Source: Kudoa neothunni
Taxonomy: Eukaryota; Animalia; Cnidaria
Direction of reading: 5' to 3'
DNA: 64,000 nt
Assembly (NCBI GenBank): GCA_964304625.1
Contig: OZ199838.1
Span: forward strand, 336,148-400,147
Position numbers and translations under genes: made by a program. Positions 54,601 to 64,000 of this stretch are shown here, one piece after another. The notes under the pieces are model-generated. The model was not told the origin of the DNA. It saw nothing but the letters and a program-made list of their open reading frames with translations, and did not search any database. Position 1 is the first letter of the stretch; the number at the start of each line of letters is the position of its first letter.

Positions 54601-57600
54601 TAATTTGAATATTATAACTACCACTGGGAACAACTTTGAGAGTATAAGTTGTGTGGGAGTTGAGTCCAATGATGTCGAACGGTGCTTTGCACGATTTTAC
54701 ACACAACTCGTTTTTTGAACAAATTGCTGGATAATAGAATTTATCATTCTCTTTTATGTAGATTTTACAAATATTTGTTGATGTTGTAGAGTTTTCAGTG
54801 ATTGTGATTCCATTCGCACTGGTATCGACTGAAGTATCCTGAATGGAAAGTTTGTTGTCTTGAGCTGAAAATATATTTAAAACCCGTTTAATTTCATAAA
54901 ATACTTATTTTATGGAAAAAATATTTTCTTAGTATGTAATTATGTATTCCCGTTATGGTTACCATAATATCATTATGTAAATGAGTTGGATCGGGAGTAA
55001 TTTTAACTTCCCCAAAGCTACAATCGGGTGATGAACTACTCACATCTTCCCTCCCAACTTCAGTAACTAATGGAGCGTATGTGTTCCAAAATTTTAATGA
55101 GCATGAAGCAGCTAAATTGATAACTTCTACGTCATCTTCATTTTTATTTTTTCCAGAAAGGTTAATTTGAATTTTTTTATCTACTGTTTTCACAGAAACA
55201 TCATTTCCATGTTTCACTAAAAAATTTTATCTTATATATTAAATATACCTAAATCATACATATATATATATTATTTTGATAACCGATAGTAGGTTTCATT
55301 CCTAGTTTTAGGACCCTTATTTTAACGGCCTTTACATTCGTGTGCACATTTCCAAATGTATAGCTGTTGCACAAACTGAAGAAACAATTTTCTTTATTAT
55401 CACATTGACTCGAAAAAAAGCTGTTTGGATTTGCTGCCGTGGCGTCTAGCCATTCGAATGTGCACATTTCAGATGGCTCTGGGTTAACCAATTGAACTGT
55501 GAATGCATTGTTTTTTTCATCAATTTTTAGTTCATAATAAAATCTACTAAAAACAGGAGCTTGTGTTTTAACGAATGTATTGTCGTAGAAATAGTGAAAG
55601 TCAAAATATTCCGGACAGCTTATGTAATAGTCGTTGACTAACTCATCGAATCGAATCGAATAACTTCCAAAATCACATGCGGGGGTTCCAGATGATGTTT
55701 CCTTTACAAATCCTTGCTCATCTGCATCCTTATATGATTTGCATGATAATGAACATTTGTTTAAACCCAATTTTATATTGTCATCTTCTAATTCAACTTT
55801 GTGAGTAAGTTCTTTGAAATGATCTTGAAAAAATGATTAAAGTTATAATGAAATTGTATATTACCTATGTAATATGAATAGACCTTCCCTACATTAAAAG
55901 TGACAGTTTTTTTCACTTGTTCCGGCGTCTTTTTTGATTCAGATTTTTGAGATAGTGGAGTTGACGGTGAGGGACCTTTACTTATTTCCCCTGCGTCACC
56001 TTTTTCTCCTGCAAGTAACTCTCTCCCATTTGTTTGCGATTTTGCAATAATTTCTTTATTAATACCCGATTTTCCCGGATTATTTCTGGGGGTATTTTCA
56101 GTGTGTGAATAAGTGACCGAAATATAATTTAATCCATCCTGACTAATGGGATCAATTTCGAATTCTGTTGAAAGGTCGGCGCATTGTTTTGGCGTTTCCC
56201 CACTGATTATATCATCGGAATAACCCAAAAGGTCATTCTTAGATTTTTTGATTGTACATTGCTTGCTGCTCTTACTAATTAGCTCATTATCTATGAATTT
56301 TACCTTGTGCTTTCGTGTAGATTTATCGTAATAAAGCACCATTTTCTGATCACCTTCATCGATACCACCTATAAATAAAAAGTTAATATTTCTACAAACG
56401 AACAATTACATTCTAGGCTGTCTTCTTTTGGTTTAGAGTAATCTACATTTATAGCTACTAGTGTATATGTAACTTCACAGTTGAGAGAATTCCATGAGAA
56501 ATCTATGGCATTAGATCCACTCGTTACGACAGGTTTGCAACCGCCATTCAAACAATCCCGAATAATTTTGTTAGATCCTTGTTCCAGTAGAACGTATTCC
56601 CAAGATGCTCCTGAACTTTCGGCTGAAGTAACTCCCAATGTCATTTTTGTTTTCTTATCCTGATCCTCTTTTGACATGTTCATTGTTATATCGGTTCCAG
56701 AAGCTGTTTAAATTCATTATTATTGGAATAATAAAAATAAATTACTCAACATCGCAGTGCTTTTAACGCAGTTATATCCAATCGGACAAACAATTATTTT
56801 ATAGCTTGTTTTAGGATCAAGATTTATTACAGTGAACTCGCCAATACAAGGACCGGAACAAAATTTTTTAGTTCTATCTTTCTCACATGTAGCAGGATAT
56901 ATCGGTGTATCGTTTTCAGAAAATGCATAATAGAGATCACATTTTGCGTCATCACCTCTTTCATCGGAAAATAAATTAGATAAACTTAAAGTTAGTTTAT
57001 TATGTTGACTCGAAGTAGTGCCTGGCGTAATATTTCCACTATTTGCTAAGTTATCCCCTATTTGAAGTTATAAGTATAGAATTAATATTTATCGCTACCT
57101 TTAGTTTTGAAATAAAAATACCGATGATAACAATTTACTTCAGGAGAATCTAATGTTTTAAGTCCTTTTATTTTAACTTTTAAAATGTATTCTGTTTGTG
57201 GTACAAGCGAACTCAAAGTTATTTGTTGAAACCTGCTACATTCTCCGTTACAATGAAGATTTTCCCAATTATCTTTAATTCCCAGATTTTTCTTTATTAT
57301 TTTAATTTCTGCAATAGATGTTCCAACTTCAGTTTGATCTACGCCTTCATTTTTATTTAGATTACTTAAATCTACAGATGGCCCATTCTCTCCAGTTACA
57401 GTAATAATGGGTTGATCGTCACCGACTATAAAATCGATGAGATACATTGTATAAATTACAATTTACATGTTATAGTTTGAATAAACTCTTTTGATGTTAT
57501 CTTGTCAATTGGTTTTACAAGTACTTGGGCGAACTTGAAATCTGTCTCATGATATAAGGTTGCCTTGTAGCAAGGCTGAAGACAGGGCCCAGCTCTATTC

Positions 57601-58514
57601 ATATCTGAGCAATTAGATGAAAAATGAGAGTCATTAATATCTTTAATTCCAAAATAGCAAATTTGCGAAGGTTTTGGATTTTGTAGAGTAATCGTATAAT
57701 ATTTATTAACGCTGTTATCTTTTGACCCTGATGCAATAAACCAATCCTCATTAAGGTTTTTTGGGCTCAATAAAATTTCTGGCGTCTTTTGACCGACTTC
57801 AATCACATACGTAGGTTGATATGATTTAGAAGGTAGTGTAATAGATTTGGCTGTATAAAATTCAGACAACGATTCTTGTTTTTGTTCTGGAGCAGAACCT
57901 TTGATTGTTAATTCACTGTTTTGTTTACTTTGAACTGAAACACTGAATATATTATTTTCTTTAGTTGCTGCCAACGAACTTTTTATGTAAAGATCTATTT
58001 TATGATAATAAAGTATTAGAATATACGTTATTATACTTTTTATAGGAAAAACTCTCTTGATAAGGCATTTTTTTACATCATCATCATCATCATCATCCTT
58101 ACCTTGACACCATTTTATAAATTTAATGGTTTTAAACTCTGCATCTTTGAACTTTAATTCGACTTTTTGACATTTATAAATACACATCTTTGAAGGTTGA
58201 TCTATTTGGGAACAGTTTACGCTATTAGATCCTGTGGAGACGATGTTTATTGCTTCCCTAGTATATCCATAGTATTGGAGGGCACAGTGTCTGATGCTAT
58301 TTTCAATATTGTATCCAGAAAGTGAAATAAGATATTCATTTTTTCCGTGTGGAAAATTCACTTTCATTATATTATTATCAATGTTATCAGAGATCACATT
58401 TTTCGCACATAACACTAATAACGATTAATCTATATAATCTCAATGAAAATTACAAGTTATAATGACGAGATAGATTGTATAATCATATCGCCCCAAGGAC
58501 AATATCGTCATCAT
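51614..58514 (-). CDS. Surface protein paralog 4; no lesion found in the exons checked
   Basis: Signal peptide MMTILSLGRYDYTIYLVIITLLCA (exon 1 58454-58514, intron 58415-58453). Full exon series, poly-Asp from a (GAT)n repeat near 58076-58097, TM plus RKNSKEISYDL*. Confidence 0.9.
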
Positions 58515-59393
58515 CTTACTATTTTTGAATAAACAAAAAACGTTTTATTTAAATTTGTATCGATATGAATAGAGGATTCAACTTGCTAATTATTCATACG
58601 TCAAATTCAATTAAAAAATTACCAACTTCGATCTTACGAAAAGATAATAACTATTCAAATTTGATAAAATTTTATGTGAATAGAAAATCATCTTTTCGAG
58701 TATTATTAATTGTTTCCGATGCCACAACTATCACGTTCTTCATTCACTCGAACGATTTTTGTATAATATACAGGAAATATTATTTTAATATTATATTATA
58801 AATCGTATATAATTTTTTGTTAAAATTTCATATCACCGATTTGAAATTATTCAACAACCATAATGAAAAGAAACTATCAATTGTATGATTGATAAAATAT
58901 AGGCTGAGATTATTCACATAATAAAATTTAATCCTAAATAAAACACACGCACTGGGAAGTTTTATTTAAGCAACTATTACTCACAAACTGTACACAGATT
59001 TAATTGAATATAGTCAAAACTAGTGACGTCAGCATATTATTTATCATGCCAATGTCCATTTTCTTAATTTTAGAATAATCGTTAATACTATTTTTTAGTT
59101 ATCATGTTGTAAGATTGAGTTTCACACGGTTAAATTAAAATTTCATTTATACTATTCAATAATGCCTAGTTTAAAAAATACTATTCATATTTTCTAAGAA
59201 TATGATTAAATACAACAATTTTTAAGTTATTTTATAGATTCTCATATGAAATATTGTGCTGAAATAAAGAAATTATGCTATCATTTACATATAAAGTTAG
59301 GGGCCATTATTATTTGACGTTATTATTAAAAGTTATTCATTTAAATTGCGTATTTAATATACTAAAATTTTCAAATTAAATATTTTTTATGTA

Positions 59394-59596
59394 TGTCATA
59401 ATCCGAGAATCACGATCCCTCACAATAAAGAGGGAAGTCGTTCCCGGGTGGGCGACCGGTGGAGACCGAGGCGGGGCCCACGCTACAGGGAGATATACAT
59501 AGACACGACTAAACTGGGAGGAATACCATCACTACCTTTAGTCAGTTTTATTCCAGTTCTCTTTCTTTTGCGCGGCCTTAATCCTAAACTATAACA
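59394..59596. mobile_element. Solo LTR (203 bp)
   Basis: TGTCATA...TATAACA termini and 5-bp TSD ATGTA. GC-rich and absent from the paralogous upstream regions of copies 1 and 3. Confidence 0.85.
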
Positions 59597-60299
59597 ATGT
59601 ACATTAAGCAAAAATATATATAACTCCTGAATTTTTTAACATAAAATATTGAATACAAAAAGTTTAACGTTTACGAACATTTGTTATCTGTTTCATTTAA
59701 AAAAATATTTTTCATAAAAAAAACAAATTTACGTGATTTTATAATATTATTGTGATAATTCTAAATAAATTTCATTTTTTAAACTTATTTTAAGTAAAAT
59801 TAGTAATAATGTATTAACTGCCAAGATGACGATATTTATGAAAAATTATGCCTCGCAAATTAATACTAATTTACAATATATATTTTAATTCATTATAATT
59901 TAATTAAAATTTTTAAAAGAGGACTAATTTCAAATATGGAAATTCAGAGAACTAGATATACTCATTTAATCTAATGAATCTAATTATTTTACATCATTTT
60001 TATTACTCATTTTAATATTAAATATTGAAGGAAATAATAAATCCATTACTCATATTTTTAAACTTATTCACACGTATTTAGGGATGAAAATATAGAATGG
60101 TAATTCATTCGATAAAAAAGCACGAGTGAACATATAATAACACAAGATAAATAATTTAAAATAAAAAATGTCTTATTTCTAGAAAAGTATTGTTAAATAA
60201 TTATGTTTTTGATCCCATAGTTATTCAAAAACATTCATCTTGAAAGTATTAAATTAAATTTTTATCTAAAACTTATTCTCTTATTCCAATAATTTTTTT

Positions 60300-60720
60300 A
60301 TAGTGGACCTCAGCAAGCATCTATTTCGTTACTGTTTTCCCAACAGATTTTTTGGAGTGGCTGATTGCGATATGTCGTTACATCAATGATCTCGAATAAT
60401 TGCAGGATTCCTATCCGTTTCCGTACGAAAAAGAACTGGGATTGATTTTGTTTTGGATGATTTGAATTAGAGTTTCCATATCTCCTTGTTTGTAAAAATA
60501 ATAACCGAACCTCAACCTCATTCAAGGATCTCTCACTTCTACTTGGTACAGTGATAACCCGAATATCCCGGGTCCATCAGTAAGGTTCTCGGATCTTTCC
60601 CTCTGATGCTGATTACGTTTTATAAAATTATGCAAACAAATCATCAGTTAGTAAGAGACGTTTCCTCACCAAAAAGACTATATCCGCTTTCATTCATATT
60701 CTCCGTAGAAATGTCATAAA
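60300..60720 (-). pseudogene. Degenerate Merlin/ISXO2-like transposase fragment (paralog of 11110-11520)
   Basis: Translation DMETLIQIIQNKINPSSFSYGNG*...RHIAISHSKK, plus DNA similarity to 11110-11520. Confidence 0.55.
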
Positions 60721-60779
60721 ATTTATAATATTTAATCGTTTCGTATCAAAATTATAATTACTAGACTCAATTCTCGTGA

Positions 60780-61390
60780 GGCGAAATTCTGCCTAACTTT
60801 CCTTGTTGACTGCGATAGGTTGGAATAACATAGAAAAAAACAATTTTTTGTGGCAAACTAACATAATTACATAAAATAAATGGCTGATTCGGACTTTAGG
60901 CACGTCTTATACTTTGTTAATCCCAATAATAATATTTAACTAATTCGAGATTAGTATTAATTATGAAGGTAAAAGTTAGTCTGCCACCTGTGGAAAGCAA
61001 TCTTATAAGTGATATAAATGTTTCTTTTATCGATTCTTTAAATCTGAATCAGAGATGTGCCATAGATTTCTTAAGGTACATTGGTCTGATTATCAATAAA
61101 GATACCGTGTGTTGTGATTTACATATGAGACTTATAAGACGAAAAAGAGCCATTTATGGTTATGTGTACTATAGTAGCGCTTGCGAGAAATACGTATCGG
61201 TACGAAGAAGATCATTATTTGAACACGGTCATCTCGAATTTTACCAAATATTGATATTAATATATTATTATTCGAATGATATTGGTAAACAGATTTTCTG
61301 GAAAAAGAAGTCAAAATCTTGTTGAAAAATAGTCGTTGATTGGAGGAACTTATTACGCGACGTTTACTTCAATTTTGTACTTCGGTATTC
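60780..61390 (+). mobile_element. Merlin transposon 5' part (N-terminal zinc-ribbon-like region)
   Basis: ORF 60963-61325 (AIDFLRYIGLI...CC..HMRL...C.KYVSVRRRSLFE..HLEFYQILILIYYY) followed by VVDWRNLLRDV. A GGCGA putative terminus lies at 60780. Confidence 0.6.
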
Positions 61391-62688
61391 CAGAAAGGAT
61401 TTGGACGGAATTCGTGGAAGCGTCAAAACTAACTGAGGAGGATGTCAAACTTGATGCCACCAGGTTGATGCAATTAATATGCGAAGCCAGACCAAATGCT
61501 ACGATAGAGGATAAAATTTTTTTCATTAGACCAAAGCTTTTACAACTTGTTCCAACTGTCTATAAACCAATCGTAGCGACTGAGATCAATCATGACCTCA
61601 GGACATTTGTCGCAAAAATACAGCTATACATTGATGCCACAACTGATATTATTGATGATGTTAAAGCTATCAAAAGAAGTGATAGAAGACCGTTATGTTC
61701 GGTTCGTGGAAAACCCAACCATGTAGAAGCAAAGGATTGCTATAAAAAACTTAAATGCCGTAAGTGTGAGAAACTTGGACACATTGCAAAATTCTGTAGA
61801 TCCAAGAGAAATATCAATAATCTTATTGACAGTAGTGAAAATGATAATTATAATGTTGATGATCTAGTTTATAGAAAGATTTTTGTCAACGGTCCTGAAT
61901 ACATGAAATTATACGTTCCTATCCGCTCAAGAAAAATGGTGCTAGAGAACGCTCATAATGATTCTGGTCACTTTGGATATTTTAAAACATATTACCGAAT
62001 AAGGGACAAGTTTTATTGGCCGGAATATGAATTGGAAACTAGAGCTTATGTTCAATGTTGTGATAACTGCCAGAGAAATAACGAAAAAAAAGGAAAGCTC
62101 CATTAATACCGTTAAATCCTTGAAAACCACCTGATATTATTGAAATCGACATTATTGGACCCCTAACTCCTACCAAATATGGGAATAGGTATACACTGTG
62201 TATAGTTGACTTGTTTTCTAGACTTGCTCAAGCTATTCCATTATCTGATCTGTCTGCCACCTCTGTCTCGAAAGCATTACTTGACAAATTTATTTACATT
62301 TATGGTATTCCCAACAGGATCCATAGTGATAATGGCAAAAATTTTACTCTTCAACTCATGAAAGAGGTCATGAATTTAATTGGAATTAAACAATCATTAA
62401 CTACCCCATATCATCCACAAGGCAACGGTGCCGTTGAGAGATTCGACAAAATTATTAAAGCTATAATGATCAAATGTGGGTGCTCCGATAATTGGGATGA
62501 ATTGCTGCCCCTCTTGGTTTTATAATTACAATAACAACGTTAACAGATCTACAAATTTTGCTCCTTTTCAGGTAATCTATGGTCGCCCTTCTAATTCCAA
62601 AGAATCTAATAAGAACTATTTTCAAAAAGGCAGTGACTATTGGTTCGACAGATCAATTTTACGATTTTGTAATATTAAAAAAAAGTAA
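61390..62688 (+). mobile_element. Internally deleted Ty3/Gypsy LTR retrotransposon fragment (gag zinc knuckle + integrase)
   Basis: CRKCEKLGHIAKFC knuckle; integrase HHCC (AHNDSGHFG...CDNCQRN); core IDI.GP, IHSDNGKNF, TTPYHPQGNGAVER. Confidence 0.9.
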
Positions 62689-62945
62689 AATTAGGTTTTT
62701 CATTTCCCAATTGTTAAATTACAAAGTTCACAAACATATTTTTGATATTCGAGTCGCTCCAATTAGGAATTGTTACCTGCACGGCGTGATTATCGTTTTC
62801 AAATATTATATATTTATATTTTTTCGCGGAAATTTGAGAATAAATTGATCTGGTGATCGCATTTAAATTAAACAGTGACGTTGAATTTTGTGAACCTTGT
62901 GTTTCGTGTAGCGAGCTTATTCGTACGCAATGAACAGCAACGAAA

Positions 62946-64000
62946 GTGGTGGAAGCAATCATGATGTTAACTCTAACGAGAATAGTTTTTTTAAAGTTGA
63001 AAATTGAACAGTTGGAATTACTCGATAAATATACGATGTCCGTATTAGATTGCAAAACCATTGAGAGTGGTCAAAAACGATGTGATCGAGTGTTAAATTC
63101 ACTATTAAAATATTATCAATTAAAATATAGTTGTATTCACAGCGGGAAAAAGGTAAATCGTTTTATTTTGTTAAATATTTTTTATTTAAGGTTAATTATT
63201 TTTTTGTCTTTAGAAATATTTGTATTTATTTGCTAAGTTATTTATTGGTTTGATTACTTTAAAGAAAGCGATCAACTGGTCAACGAAATACGAACTCTTA
63301 TTATAAGGGATGCCCAGTGTTTTTAAGATTTCTAATAGACACCGATGGGAAAAAACTTGTGTTAAAATCTCCTAATTTATCACATAACCACGATTCTCTT
63401 GGTTTAACCTCAAAATTTTCGTCAAAGGCAAAAAAACTTAATGATGAGGAGATTACATATATCACCCAACATGTTGAATTCGACGGTAATTCAAAGGCTA
63501 TCCAAGAAAAAATTTTAAGGGAGAAGGGAAAGTACGTTTCACTGAAAAAGCTAAGAAACATTGAATATTAAATTAAGTCCCATTCAACCACAGTTGATTG
63601 TATGTTAACTCTAAAAAATAATCCTAATGTATTTATTGAAGTGTTAGAAGGTGAAAATAATTTTAAGGGCCTTTTTTATCAAGATTTGGACATGAAAAAA
63701 TGCCTGAAAGCTTACCCCGAAATAATATTTATTGACGCCACATATAAATTATTAGACTGTAGGGCTCCAGTTTATTTTCTTGTGGTAATGGATGGAAGAG
63801 GAATGAGCGAGATTGTGGCAACAGGAATCCTCACTGAAGAAACTGAGGAAATATTATCGTGGTTTATTAAAACAATTAAAAAGCATAACCCAGTGATAGA
63901 AAATGAGACTAAAATTTTTATGACAGACAAAGACATGGTAGAACGAAAAGTTTTAAAAAATATTTTTCCAAATGTTAACATTCAATTATGTCTTTATCAT
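62946..64000 (+). mobile_element. MULE/Mutator transposase (FAR1/ZSWIM3-like), intron-containing, frameshifted, runs off the window
   Basis: YSCIHSG...KGCPV...HNH, then YPEIIFIDATYKL, MDGRG.SEIVA, FMTDKDMVER..L...FP...IQLCLYH. Confidence 0.9.

Larger units (their letters stand above)
49010..60760. repeat. Segmental repeat unit paralogous to 1-11560
   Basis: Shares the 3' spacer (including the hAT MITE), the gene and the upstream region (including the Merlin remnant). Confidence 0.9.

Overview
This is very AT-rich eukaryotic DNA with the standard genetic code and tiny GT-AG introns, mostly about 36-50 nt. The taxon cannot be fixed from sequence alone; the tiny introns and animal-type transposons are compatible with a compact-genome animal parasite. 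The window holds a tandem array of four same-strand (minus) paralogous genes of about 6.9 kb each (2795-9614, 17569-24460, 38534-45427, 51614-58514). Each encodes a roughly 1,950-aa type I membrane protein: a signal peptide, many exon-sized Cys-rich fibronectin-III-like modules, one TM helix, and the tail RKNSKEISYDL. The paralogs are patchwork mosaics of one another, with an almost invariant membrane-proximal end, as expected of a recombining surface-protein repertoire. The juxtamembrane region contains at least one, possibly two, apparent [D1,2] spliceosomal twin introns (stwintrons) conserved in all four copies. The spacers are filled with nested, decayed transposons: piggyBac x3, Tigger/pogo x3, a Helitron RepHel fragment plus non-autonomous Helitrons, hAT MITEs, Merlin, Gypsy, a solo LTR and a MULE. 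Exon models and alignments were made by eye.
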